Below, piece by piece: positions 1 to 9,409 of a stretch of 42,461 nucleotides of DNA. The translations under genes were made by a program, and so were the position numbers. Every line of letters starts with the position of its first letter. The stretch's first letter is position 1. The notes beneath the pieces were generated by a model. The model did not search any database and was not told where the DNA came from. It saw nothing but the letters and a program-made list of their open reading frames with translations. This DNA is from a virus (Duplodnaviria; Heunggongvirae; Uroviricota; Caudoviricetes), in IMG/VR virus record IMGVR_UViG_2703719365_000009; one strand, 5' to 3'.

Positions 1-1349
1 CCATCGATGCCGCCAGCCGCACCCTGACGCTGGACCGTGAGGTGACACTGCCGGAGACCGGTGCCGCCACGGTGAACCTGATTAACGGCAGCGGTAAGCC
101 GGTGAGTGTGGACATCACCGCACACCCCGCGCCGGACCGGATACAGGTCAGTACCCTGCCTGATGGTGTGGAGACATACGGGGTGTGGGGACTCTCCCTG
201 CCGTCACTGCGCCGTCGCCTGTTCCGCTGTGTCTCCGTCCGGGAAAACACGGACGGCACCTTTGCCATCACGGCGGTGCAGCACGTACCGGAAAAAGAAG
301 CCATCGTGGATAACGGTGCCCGCTTTGAGCCGCAGTCAGGTTCCCTGAACAGCGTCATCCCACCGGCAGTACAGCACCTGACGGTGGAGGTGAGTGCAGC
401 TGACGGCCAGTATCTGGCGCAGGCTAAATGGGACACGCCGCGGGTGGTGAAGGGCGTGCGCTTCAGTCTGCGCCTGACCAGTGGTAAGGGAACGGATGCC
501 AGACTGGTGACCACCGCCATCACCGCAGACACGGAGCACCGTTTCAGCGGCCTGCCGCTCGGGGAATACACCCTGACGGTGCGGGCGATAAACAGCTATG
601 GCCAGCAGGGTGAACCTGCCACCACCACCTTCCGGATTGCCGCACCGGCAGCACCGTCGCGGATTGAGCTGACGCCGGGCTATTTTCAGATAACCGCCAC
701 GCCGCATCTTGCCGTTTATGACCCGACGGTACAGTTTGAGTTCTGGTTCTCGGAAAAGCGGATTGCGGATATCAGGCAGGTTGAAACCGCAGCCCGCTAT
801 CTTGGCTCGGCGCTGTACTGGATAGCTGCCAGTATCAATATCAAACCGGGCCATGATTATTATTTTTATATCCGCAGTGTGAATACTGTTGGCAAATCGG
901 CATTCGTGGAGGCTGTCGGTCGGGCGAGCGATGATGCGGAAGGTTACCTGGATTTTTTCAAAGGAGAAATCGGGAAAACACATCTGGCCCAGGAGCTGTG
1001 GACGCAGATTGATAACGGTCAGCTTGCGCCGGACCTGGCTGAAATCAGGACGTCCATTACGAATGTCAGCAATGAAATCACGCAGACCGTCAATAAAAAA
1101 CTGGAAAATCAGAGTGCGGCAATCCAGCAGATACAGAAAGTTCAGGTTGATACAAATAATAACCTGAACAGCATGTGGGCCGTGAAACTGCAGCAGATGC
1201 AGGACGGACGCCTTTATATTGCGGGTATCGGTGCCGGTATTGAGAATACGCCAGCAGGAATGCAGAGTCAGGTGCTGCTGGCGGCAGACAGGATTGCGAT
1301 GATTAATCCTGCGAATGGCAACACAAAGCCGATGTTTGTAACCAGGTGA
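1..1349 (+). pseudogene. J: Host specificity / tail tip protein J (lambda J-like), upstream portion; frame enters from window start and is cut by the Mu-like insertion
   Basis: Frame open from nt 3 (5-prime partial). Translation ends ...[22 protein letters not shown] then TR-stop at the insertion end; the conserved continuation [15 protein letters not shown] reappears in frame at 40716. Confidence 0.85.
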
Positions 1350-1515
1350 ATCATTTGATACCGACAAGGGTTTTAGTGAAAGGAGGTGAAATCACCTGTA
1401 AGATGCTGAAATAAAACAGGTGATGTATACTTCGGCCGGAAAACTCTTTTTGATACCGACTGCTCAACAAATAGTCAAAAGATCAAAAAACGGCGACACA
1501 TTTGATACTGCTAAT
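1347..1515 (+). repeat. Left end (attL-like): three transposase-binding-like repeats
   Basis: TTTGATACCGAC at 1354-1365 and 1449-1460, TTTGATACTGC at 1501-1511; first site TGAATCATTTGATACCGACAAG resembles the Mu L1 site as recalled; same motif inverted at the right end. Confidence 0.6.
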
Positions 1516-1692
1516 TTACCCTTAAAATCTTCTTCAAAACATCTTCAAACTGCCAAAATGCTCACATAATCGATCTAACTATAATCAGTATGATAATCAT
1601 CATGAATTACTATTCAATAGCGTGATTATCTTGGGATGAGTCATATGATCTCTATATGTATTTACAGCACCACCTCATGATAGCGATGGCGC

Positions 1693-2304
1693 TTAACCAA
1701 CAACATTTTTCTTTACTGTCACTGCCCCTAATTCCTGGGTGGCGTTATTGCTCGAGTTGTACTTCTCAATAACGCGCAAAATCTCTTTGTCTGTTTCTTC
1801 ACTTCCCGCCATTCCTATCTTTATTGCATTTTTTAGTACGGGACGTAATGGCAAGGCATCAATGATGCTTTCTACCGCATCCTGGCTGATTGTAGATGTA
1901 TTCATTGCTGCCAGCCTGACAAGGTTGTTAGTACCTTCTCGCCTGATGAATGTAAGGATTAATTGCTTCTCTTGGGGGCTTAGAGAGCTAAGCGCCTGAT
2001 CAATACCCGAACCTGAATCGCAATTGTTTTCGATTTTTCCGCATTTATCTTCGTTCTTGCCTGTGACCAACCATTCGAGTGAACAATTACAGGCTTTAGC
2101 TATTAAGGCCAGTTTATCCAAAGGAGGGAAGTTTTTCCCCTTCCTGTAATTTCTTACTGTGGCTTCAGATAGTCCACAAAGGGTCGCCAGTTCGACGTTT
2201 GTCATGTTTCCCATAGCCATAGCTAAGCGTTCTGAAAATCGGTTTATTCCTTCCATATCAATAAACCGTTCCGCACTGGATACGGTTTTTTCTGCCTTAT
2301 CCAT
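1693..2304 (-). CDS. Prophage repressor (Mu c-like position; HTH-type regulator)
   Basis: 203-aa ORF divergent from ner-A-B; RBS AGGGGG before ATG at 2304; sits about 350 bp inside left end as in Mu; product call by position and HTH-like N-terminus. Confidence 0.7.
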   Translation of the reverse strand: MDKAEKTVSSAERFIDMEGINRFSERLAMAMGNMTNVELATLCGLSEATVRNYRKGKNFPPLDKLALIAKACNCSLEWLVTGKNEDKCGKIENNCDSGSGIDQALSSLSPQEKQLILTFIRREGTNNLVRLAAMNTSTISQDAVESIIDALPLRPVLKNAIKIGMAGSEETDKEILRVIEKYNSSNNATQELGAVTVKKNVVG

Positions 2305-2460
2305 ATAACCCCCTATAAAACAAAGAAATTATCGATATCGCATTTAATTTCGATATGCTCGCAAAAAACCGTTGATATCGAATTATTTTGCGATTATGAT
2401 TTACCTAAATCGATAACCGGTTTTGATTATCGGTTCAGGTAAACATGAGAGGATCACACA
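2305..2460. promoter_or_regulatory. Repressor/Ner operator region with divergent early promoters; about six TCGATA-type repeats
   Basis: Repeats TTATCGATATCG 2329-2340, TTTCGATATGC 2348-2358, GTTGATATCGAAT 2371-2383, CGATTATGAT 2391-2400, AAATCGATAACC 2408-2419, TTGATTATCGG 2423-2433; candidate rightward promoter -35 TTGATA 2372-2377 and -10 TATGAT 2395-2400. Confidence 0.6.
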
Positions 2461-2727
2461 ATGAGGGTATCCAGACAAGCATCGAATAATTTGTTTGTTC
2501 GAGAGGGGTGTGACTGGTCTGCTAAAGCGGTATATGCAGCCCTTGAAAACAAAGGCACAGACCTCCCTGAACTGGAAAGGGAGTTAGGATTAAAAAGCGG
2601 ATCAATGCGCAATGTGTTTTACCGCCAGTGCCGTAAATACGAAGCCGCCATCGCCGAAAAAATAGGGGTTGAACCTGCTGTAATCTGGCCCAGCAGATAC
2701 CAGGTGGACGCCAGAGAAGTGGCTTGA
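2461..2727 (+). CDS. ner: Ner-like DNA-binding early regulator
   Basis: 88 aa; C-terminal VIWPSRYQ motif matches Mu Ner as recalled; first gene of early operon with RBS GAGAGGA. Confidence 0.85.
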   Translation: MRVSRQASNNLFVREGCDWSAKAVYAALENKGTDLPELERELGLKSGSMRNVFYRQCRKYEAAIAEKIGVEPAVIWPSRYQVDAREVA

Positions 2728-2737
2728 TGGGGGATGT

Positions 2738-4828
2738 ATGTGGGTAACAGCAAAAGAATGTGTTGGTCTTCCTGATTTACCAATGATGGAACATAACATT
2801 CGCCATCGACTCACAAAAGCAGCTGCGGGAAATGCAGCCATGTTACGCAAACGTAAGGGGACAAAAGCAATCGAATTTAATATCGATTGTTTGCCTTCTG
2901 GCGCGCAACAAGTATTGCGTGAACGTTATGCCCTTCAACTGATGACGCAAAAAGCTGATGAATCACCGGCTCCGGTGGTGACAAAGGCCAGACGCTCGCC
3001 TGCCGTGGTTGATGCTGTGGAGGCATATCGCGGATCACCACAACTGATGGTTGAACGCCTTAATGCCCTGACTGAAAACCAGCGCCAGGTGGCTGATGCA
3101 CGAATCGCGATCGTCAGCGAAGTGATGAAAGTCGCGCAACAACCCGGTTTCAGCTGTGCGAAAGCTATCCGGTTTATCGTTGACAACCTGGCACGTTCGC
3201 AGCTGGACGAGCGCATTGTGGCAATGGTTGAGACGGCGAACGCCAAAAAGGGAAACAGCCGTGCGTTGAGTGAAATCACGCTGAAACGCTGGATTGCAGC
3301 CTTTAACAAGGCGCAGAACGCCGCCGAACGCCTGCTTTTACTGGCACCGGGTAAGCGCCAGGAAATAAAAGCCGAAGATATTAACTGGCTGCCCGAATTT
3401 CTGGCGCAGTATCGCCAGTCAAACGGCCGACCAATGACCGAGGCTTACGAGGATTTTGTCGCTGAATGGCAGCACCGGCACGCTGATGAGCCTTATATGC
3501 TCGATATCATGCCGTCTTATGACACCATTCGCCGCGCAATGAAGAAACTGCCGGAAGTGGTGAAACAAAAAGGCCGGGTGACCGGCAGTGAATACCGCCA
3601 GCTTGAGGGATTCACGCGCCGCGACTGGTCCAGAATGCCGGTGAATTATGTCTGGATTGGTGACGGTCACGGCATGAAGCTGAAATGCGCACACCCGGTT
3701 CACGGTCGGCCATTTGCACCGGAAGTGACCTTTGTTATCGACGGTGGCACGCGCTTTGTGGTGGGCTGGAGCCTTGACCTGGCTGAAAATGTTTTCGCCG
3801 TAGCCGGTGCCATACAGCACGGCATTCGCCATCACGGCAAACCGTTTCTGTATTACTCGGATAACGGCTCCGGGGAAACCGCCGACATCCTGGATAAGGA
3901 GGTTGTGGGGATACTGCCGCGACTGGGGATTAATCACCCGACCGGGATTGCCGGTAATCCGCAGGGACGAGGCATTATCGAACGGCTTAACCGCACATTA
4001 CCGATGCGCATAGCCCGTAAATACCGCACCTATTTCGGGAAAGGTGCAGATCGCGAGACGTTACGCAAAACCAACCGCGATTTACGCTCGGCATTTACTG
4101 CCCTGCAACAGGGCAAACGGCTGAACGTCCGGCAGCAGTCAGCGATGCGTGATTTACCGTCCTGGTCTGAACTGATTGATGCCATTCGTGACGGTGTTGA
4201 GTGGTACAACAACCGGCCGCACGATGAATTACCGGTGAAGCCGAACGGCAAGCATTACAGCCCGGCGGAGTTCAGAAAAAAACGCCTGGCGGAAGAGGAC
4301 ACGGAAATTGAATGGCTGTCCGATGTTGAGCTGCGGGATATGTTCCGGCCGATGGTGGAACGCCCTGTAAGACGCTGTGAAATACGCTGGCTGAATAATA
4401 TTTACTACGCGCCCGAGCTGCGTGACGAGCATGGTCGTAAGGTGCTTATCAGCTATGACATTCATGATGCCGAACGAATTACCGTACGTCGCCTGGATGG
4501 CAGCGTGATTTGCGAGGCGGTATGGGACGGTAATAAACGCGAAGCCTTCCCGGTCAGCGCGGAATACTACAAACAGCAGCAACGCCTTAAAGGCATGCGT
4601 AAACGCGCAGAGGAAAAAATCCGTGATGCCGAGGATGAGGTTGTCAACGTGCTGGAGCACAAGCCGCAGGAGCCCTGGCTGGAAAACATATACCGCCCTG
4701 TGGGTAATACGGTGGCCGTTCAGCAACCTGCCGTTGATGATGAGCCTGATGAAGAATACGAGCGTAATTTCCAGCGGGGATTGCAGTTGCTCGAAGCGAA
4801 ATTAAAAGAAAATGACCCGCTGGCCTGA
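2738..4828 (+). CDS. A: Transposase A (MuA-like DDE transposase)
   Basis: 696 aa; N-terminus MWVTAKECVGLPDLP resembles MuA N-terminus; position after ner. Confidence 0.93.
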   Translation: MWVTAKECVGLPDLPMMEHNIRHRLTKAAAGNAAMLRKRKGTKAIEFNIDCLPSGAQQVLRERYALQLMTQKADESPAPVVTKARRSPAVVDAVEAYRGSPQLMVERLNALTENQRQVADARIAIVSEVMKVAQQPGFSCAKAIRFIVDNLARSQLDERIVAMVETANAKKGNSRALSEITLKRWIAAFNKAQNAAERLLLLAPGKRQEIKAEDINWLPEFLAQYRQSNGRPMTEAYEDFVAEWQHRHADEPYMLDIMPSYDTIRRAMKKLPEVVKQKGRVTGSEYRQLEGFTRRDWSRMPVNYVWIGDGHGMKLKCAHPVHGRPFAPEVTFVIDGGTRFVVGWSLDLAENVFAVAGAIQHGIRHHGKPFLYYSDNGSGETADILDKEVVGILPRLGINHPTGIAGNPQGRGIIERLNRTLPMRIARKYRTYFGKGADRETLRKTNRDLRSAFTALQQGKRLNVRQQSAMRDLPSWSELIDAIRDGVEWYNNRPHDELPVKPNGKHYSPAEFRKKRLAEEDTEIEWLSDVELRDMFRPMVERPVRRCEIRWLNNIYYAPELRDEHGRKVLISYDIHDAERITVRRLDGSVICEAVWDGNKREAFPVSAEYYKQQQRLKGMRKRAEEKIRDAEDEVVNVLEHKPQEPWLENIYRPVGNTVAVQQPAVDDEPDEEYERNFQRGLQLLEAKLKENDPLA

Positions 4829-4898
4829 AATAAAAAATAACCCGAGCGGCGACTCAGGTTATTTGATTAAACAAGGTATCAAATGAGAGGTTAATAAT

Positions 4899-5831
4899 AT
4901 GACTGATATTAACGATGTAATCAAGACCATTGATGAACTTATTGATGGCGGCGTACTGACGCAGTATGCCATCGCCAGAGAGGCGGGAATTTCCGACGGC
5001 ACATTATCGGCTTTCCGTAAGGGAAAATATAAAGGCGATAACGCTGCTGTGGCTGCTTCCCTGCGTTCCTGGTATGAGAACTGGAATAAACAAAGCGCAC
5101 TGCCGGAACCGCCGCAGTTTGTGGAAACGCAGACAGTCCAGGAGCTGCGCGCACTGTTTCAGGCGGTTCGTCTGATGGGCTGTATTAACGTTATTGTGGG
5201 CGTACCGGGTGTGGGTAAAACGGCCACTGCCCGTAATTACTGCCAGGAGCAACCAAACACCTGGATGATCACCCTGTCACCCGCGCACTCCAGCGTCACG
5301 GAGTGTCTGCTGGAGCTGGCCGATGCGCTGGGGATTGATTACACCCGCGCGAACAAAGGGGCATTATCCCGCGCCATCCGCCGTCGCCTGATGGGAACGC
5401 GTGGACTGGTGATTGTGGATGAGGCGGATCATCTGGGTATTGACGGTCTGGAGCAACTCCGGGCAATTCAGGACGCCACGGGGATCGGGATGGTGCTTAT
5501 TGGTAACCCGCGCGGATTGTTTAAAGGTGGACGCCGCGCCTTTGATGATTTATCGCGCCTGTTCAGCCGTCTTGCCCGTACAAAACAACTTCGCAAGGCC
5601 AAAAAGGCGGATGTGCTGGCCATTGCCAGGGCATGGGGTATCAGTGGTGAGGCCGAGCTGGCCGTCATGCAGGCTATCGCTGAAAAGCCGGGAGCGTTAC
5701 GCGTTCTGACACATACGCTTAACCAGGCGTGGCTCACCGCCAGCGGTGAAGGCGCGGCGCTGACAGAAAAACATATTAATGCGGCCTTTAAAGAGGTTTA
5801 TACCAACCCTGAATTACTCTCACAGGTGTGA
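4899..5831 (+). CDS. B: Transposition ATPase B (MuB-like AAA+ target DNA activator)
   Basis: 310 aa; Walker A GVPGVGKT; strong overall resemblance to MuB including PEPPQFVETQTV and VIVDEADHLG segments. Confidence 0.93.
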   Translation: MTDINDVIKTIDELIDGGVLTQYAIAREAGISDGTLSAFRKGKYKGDNAAVAASLRSWYENWNKQSALPEPPQFVETQTVQELRALFQAVRLMGCINVIVGVPGVGKTATARNYCQEQPNTWMITLSPAHSSVTECLLELADALGIDYTRANKGALSRAIRRRLMGTRGLVIVDEADHLGIDGLEQLRAIQDATGIGMVLIGNPRGLFKGGRRAFDDLSRLFSRLARTKQLRKAKKADVLAIARAWGISGEAELAVMQAIAEKPGALRVLTHTLNQAWLTASGEGAALTEKHINAAFKEVYTNPELLSQV

Positions 5832-6055
5832 TTATGGCGGTATTTAATATTCCTGATATTTACGGACGCTTTTACCTGGTTAATTTCGATAACGTGAAGG
5901 TGATTTCACTGGCCGAAAATAAAGAATGTGGCGATTTACTTTTTGAATTTAATGACCGCACACGAATGGTGATATCTGCCGGACTTGATCGCGAAGGTGC
6001 GACAGACGTTTACAGCGGAATATGCCGTTCTGTTGGTGCGAAACAAGTCAGCTAA
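5828..6055 (+). CDS. Small early protein at the Mu kil position (Kil-like by position and size)
   Basis: 75 aa; start overlaps B stop (ATGA coupling); Mu kil is about 74 aa immediately after B. Confidence 0.5.
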   Translation: MIMAVFNIPDIYGRFYLVNFDNVKVISLAENKECGDLLFEFNDRTRMVISAGLDREGATDVYSGICRSVGAKQVS

Positions 6056-6067
6056 ATGAGGTGTTAT

Positions 6068-6322
6068 ATGAATATGCAATCCTGCGGTAACAAAATGAAT
6101 TTATTCGACTCCCTGAACAGCGCGCGCCGTCTGACCGAACTTGCCGGTGCGGTACTGGAACGCAGTAAGCGCTACCCACAACGTTTTGCACTGAAAACCA
6201 CGCCGCCGGTAGGCAACGTGCAGGGAACCGGTGAAATTGAAATCACCATACAGACCAACGGCCTGCGCCGCCGTGTGAAGGCCACCCGCATCAGCGGCTG
6301 CACGGTTTACTGGGAGGTGTGA
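6068..6322 (+). CDS. Hypothetical early protein
   Basis: ORF with RBS GAGG before ATG 6068 (alternative ATG at 6056). Confidence 0.5.
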   Translation: MNMQSCGNKMNLFDSLNSARRLTELAGAVLERSKRYPQRFALKTTPPVGNVQGTGEIEITIQTNGLRRRVKATRISGCTVYWEV

Positions 6323-6323
6323 G

Positions 6324-6605
6324 GTGAAAAAAAATCTCATTGCATGGGCGTGGTCGAGTGGTCTTATTGAGTTTGGTTACGTCCTGCCGGAAGGTGCATT
6401 GCCGATAGTTGCCGGAAAGCCTGCCACGGTACGGCATGTGATTGAGGTTATGGCGCGTCATGGACGTGATGAACAGGAGCAGTTACTGGTTCCGGGGATA
6501 CCGGAAGCGGTGACGGAGGAAGAAGCCTTTAATGCCATGATTCGGTTCTGCCGTGAGGTCAGACGCCGGGTCAGTTATCCAAACAGAACGAGGACCAGAG
6601 GATGA
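6324..6605 (+). CDS. Hypothetical early protein
   Basis: 93 aa; GTG start with RBS GGAGGTG; tightly packed in early operon. Confidence 0.5.
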   Translation: MKKNLIAWAWSSGLIEFGYVLPEGALPIVAGKPATVRHVIEVMARHGRDEQEQLLVPGIPEAVTEEEAFNAMIRFCREVRRRVSYPNRTRTRG

Positions 6606-6874
6606 GTAAAGTCGTACGCATTATTTTCGAATACAAGGAGCACGTTATCCATAAAAACGCTGATGGAACAGTGCGCATGGGGGTAAGTCTGGACATACGT
6701 TCAACCGGGATAAAGCAGAAAGGTGATGGACCCGCCATGATTTTTGGGGTGGTTATGCTCGCGGAAAGCAGAGACTTTGCTGAACTTGTGGCAATGAAAG
6801 CCAGTGCGCTCATGAAAGATATGAGCATGCGTTCCGGGGTTATTAAAGGTAATGAATTTAATCAGCAGGGGTAA
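6602..6874 (+). CDS. Hypothetical early protein, paralog A of tandem pair
   Basis: 90 aa; N-terminus MSKVVRIIFEYKEHV similar to the next gene MSKVRVIFEFKHVSH; start overlaps upstream stop. Confidence 0.6.
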   Translation: MSKVVRIIFEYKEHVIHKNADGTVRMGVSLDIRSTGIKQKGDGPAMIFGVVMLAESRDFAELVAMKASALMKDMSMRSGVIKGNEFNQQG

Positions 6875-6878
6875 TTCC

Positions 6879-7172
6879 ATGAGCAAAGTACGCGTTATTT
6901 TTGAATTTAAGCATGTTTCGCATGACGAAAAACCGGCAGGCAATGACTGTGTTGAAGTGCATGAAAAGATTGGTGTGGATGTAAAAACAGAACGTGATAC
7001 GAATAACAGGCCGACGTCACTCTGTGACGTTTATGCAAGTATTCTCCAGTATCACAGCCCTGAAATTATTCAGTTTCTCTCAGCGGAATTTCAGGCATCT
7101 GTACAGGCTTTTGGGGCGGATGCCATCATTAAACGCCACCGCGTGCATAAAGCATCAGGCACACTGCAATAA
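6879..7172 (+). CDS. Hypothetical early protein, paralog B of tandem pair
   Basis: 97 aa from ATG 6879 with RBS AGGGG; paralogous N-terminus to 6602-6874. Confidence 0.6.
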   Translation: MSKVRVIFEFKHVSHDEKPAGNDCVEVHEKIGVDVKTERDTNNRPTSLCDVYASILQYHSPEIIQFLSAEFQASVQAFGADAIIKRHRVHKASGTLQ

Positions 7173-7183
7173 GGAAAAACAAA

Positions 7184-7714
7184 ATGGCAAAACGCGTTAC
7201 AAAATTAAAGGCCGCAGCAGAGGCGGCACCGCAGACCCGTGAAGAGGTCAGCCGCGATATCCGCACCCTGGGCGATATTCAGCGAGAGGCGCTGCGCCTG
7301 GAAACAGCGATGAATGATGAAGTGGCAGAAATCACCGCCCGTTATACGCCGCAGATTGAAAGCCTTAAAAAAGAAATCAAAGTGCTTTTTAAGGGGATTC
7401 AGGACTGGTGCAAAACCAACCGTGATGAGCTGACGAACGGCGGCAAAACCAAAACTGCCAATCTGACCACCGGAACGGTGTCATGGCGACTGGGGAATCC
7501 ATCATGCAGCGTCAGTCGTGATGTGGAAGGTGTGATTGAAATGCTGCGCCGTATGGGCCTTGAGCGTTTTATCCGCACGAAAGAGGAAGTGAACAAGGAA
7601 GCGGTCCTGGCGGAGCCGGATGCAGTGAAAGGCATTGCCGGTATTAAGGTGAATAAAGGCGCTGAAAGTTTTTATGTCGAGCCTTTTGAACAGGACGCCG
7701 GACTGAATAAATAA
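7184..7714 (+). CDS. gam: Gam-like host-nuclease inhibitor (DNA end-binding, Ku-like)
   Basis: 176 aa; segments RDELTNGGKTKTANL, SWRLG, FIRTKEEVNKEA match Mu Gam as recalled. Confidence 0.88.
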   Translation: MAKRVTKLKAAAEAAPQTREEVSRDIRTLGDIQREALRLETAMNDEVAEITARYTPQIESLKKEIKVLFKGIQDWCKTNRDELTNGGKTKTANLTTGTVSWRLGNPSCSVSRDVEGVIEMLRRMGLERFIRTKEEVNKEAVLAEPDAVKGIAGIKVNKGAESFYVEPFEQDAGLNK

Positions 7715-7811
7715 CACCGCATTAAATCTTTAAATATCACATCGTTTTAAGTATGGCGCTCGCGTCAGGGGACTGCCTGCGCCTGTAAACTGAAAATAAG
7801 GAACAGGATAT

Positions 7812-8354
7812 ATGGCATATTTTTATTTCAAATTAGACCGTGTGCAGACAAATAAATATTTCACCAAATATCAACAGACTGTTTTACCGCTACGCAACAG
7901 TATTCTTCGGGCATTACTGAAAAATACAGGCGCTGCCGGATTGCGCTTAAAGCCGTTTGCCATGGACGTAATCAGTGAGTTTTATTTTTCTGGTGCTCTG
8001 CCTGCGGGCTGGCGTAAGCGCGATGATGTGGCTTTTATCGGGGACGGACCGTGCTTTATTGCCAGACCTGATGAGTCATGCCCTGAAGGACCGGCGATTG
8101 CCGCAATGATTGAAGCCGCTGAACGCGAGTTAAGAAAGCGTCCTGATTTCCTTGTCTGGCTCTGTGAAAAGCTGGGGGTAATGAGAATCCCCTCCATGTT
8201 TAACATGGACTCCTGGTGGACCCCGTCGCTCTCCCGTGATGCCCTGTGCGTGGTGTTTAAAGTAGGCGCTTATGGCAGGGAAATAAAAGGGGGTATTCCT
8301 GAAGAATGCCAGGAGATTAAACATTCTGAATATGTGGCGCTGACGGAGGAATAA
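7812..8354 (+). CDS. Hypothetical early protein
   Basis: 180 aa ORF with RBS AAGGAACAGG. Confidence 0.55.
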   Translation: MAYFYFKLDRVQTNKYFTKYQQTVLPLRNSILRALLKNTGAAGLRLKPFAMDVISEFYFSGALPAGWRKRDDVAFIGDGPCFIARPDESCPEGPAIAAMIEAAERELRKRPDFLVWLCEKLGVMRIPSMFNMDSWWTPSLSRDALCVVFKVGAYGREIKGGIPEECQEIKHSEYVALTEE

Positions 8355-8357
8355 TTC

Positions 8358-8891
8358 ATGATTGATGCAAAAGTGCTTGAAGGGGTTAAAAACTGGCTGA
8401 GTATTTACGGGCGTCTGACCTGCGGCATTCTGGCTGAAAAAATGAATATGCCGCCATCCTCGATGGTTTATTTTCTGCGTGATGCGGTCGATGCCGGGGT
8501 GCTGACGGAATGTAACGGTTTTTATGATATTCCGCGTCCCCGCCCGGTGCAGCCGATTCGTCGCAAATGCAGCCAGGAAGGTGCGGCTGATGATGTTCAG
8601 TGGTGCAGCTTCAGAAAATCCCTGCCGTGGATTGAGGGGCATGATATTCCGTCAATGGCGTGGGAATTTGCTCAGGGCGTTCTGACCTGTGAAACCGTTT
8701 ATGTGGTGGCTGAAGTTGATGAGCAGGCCATGAAAGAAGGCGTGCCCCAGTTTGTGATGGCGTATATCGACATACGCCTGGGTGTCATTATCTGCGGTTT
8801 AAGCGGCTGGAATATCACCTCGCGCGTTCTGCGTTACCTGATTGTTGACCGGACGGCCGCGCCTGCCGGGATATCTGCGGAGGTGGCGTAA
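8358..8891 (+). CDS. Hypothetical early protein
   Basis: 177 aa ORF 3 nt after upstream stop. Confidence 0.55.
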   Translation: MIDAKVLEGVKNWLSIYGRLTCGILAEKMNMPPSSMVYFLRDAVDAGVLTECNGFYDIPRPRPVQPIRRKCSQEGAADDVQWCSFRKSLPWIEGHDIPSMAWEFAQGVLTCETVYVVAEVDEQAMKEGVPQFVMAYIDIRLGVIICGLSGWNITSRVLRYLIVDRTAAPAGISAEVA

Positions 8892-9406
8892 TGTTCTTTA
8901 AAACATCAAACCCTTCCGCGCTGGCCGCGTGGCAAAAATATCAGCAGGACTGCCAGAAAGTTAAGGATGAGGCAAAACGCCTTGAGGCCGTGCTGAATGT
9001 TGCGTGCCGGTCGGTATTTGTATCCGGTATCAGTGGCTTTTGTTTTAAAGGGCTGCGCTTTATGGATGACAAATATCCTTTTCATCGCGACTTATGGCGA
9101 AAACCGACTGCGTCGAATGGCTGGAGCTGCACACCGCGCACATCACGTATTCCCAAAGCCCTGCGCGTTGCCTCTGACGAACTTAACAGTCTGTGGCGTG
9201 AATATTCGCCCGTCACGTATGCCAGAACCGATGCACTGTTGTTCTGGCTGGGTATTGATTTCTCGGCAATCATGTTTGGCCCTGTGAAGTGGTTCTGCGT
9301 TGACGATGTGATTTACCTTGAGTGCGGCGTAAAACCCGCAAATCAGAAAATGACCGAAATGCTGTCTGATGAGTTTTATGCTGCTGAAAAGCGAGTCAGG
9401 GGGTGA
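8891..9406 (+). CDS. Hypothetical early protein
   Basis: 171 aa; start overlaps upstream stop. Confidence 0.55.
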   Translation: MFFKTSNPSALAAWQKYQQDCQKVKDEAKRLEAVLNVACRSVFVSGISGFCFKGLRFMDDKYPFHRDLWRKPTASNGWSCTPRTSRIPKALRVASDELNSLWREYSPVTYARTDALLFWLGIDFSAIMFGPVKWFCVDDVIYLECGVKPANQKMTEMLSDEFYAAEKRVRG

Positions 9407-9409
9407 TGC

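Noticed and set aside
336-1367. 343-aa minus-strand ORF antisense to J
   Set aside because: Lies entirely within the J coding region on the opposite strand and has an Arg/Cys-rich odd composition; J is clearly the real gene.
1739-1999. 86-aa plus-strand ORF inside the repressor gene region
   Set aside because: Antisense to the repressor ORF, which has a good RBS and the expected position; no independent support.
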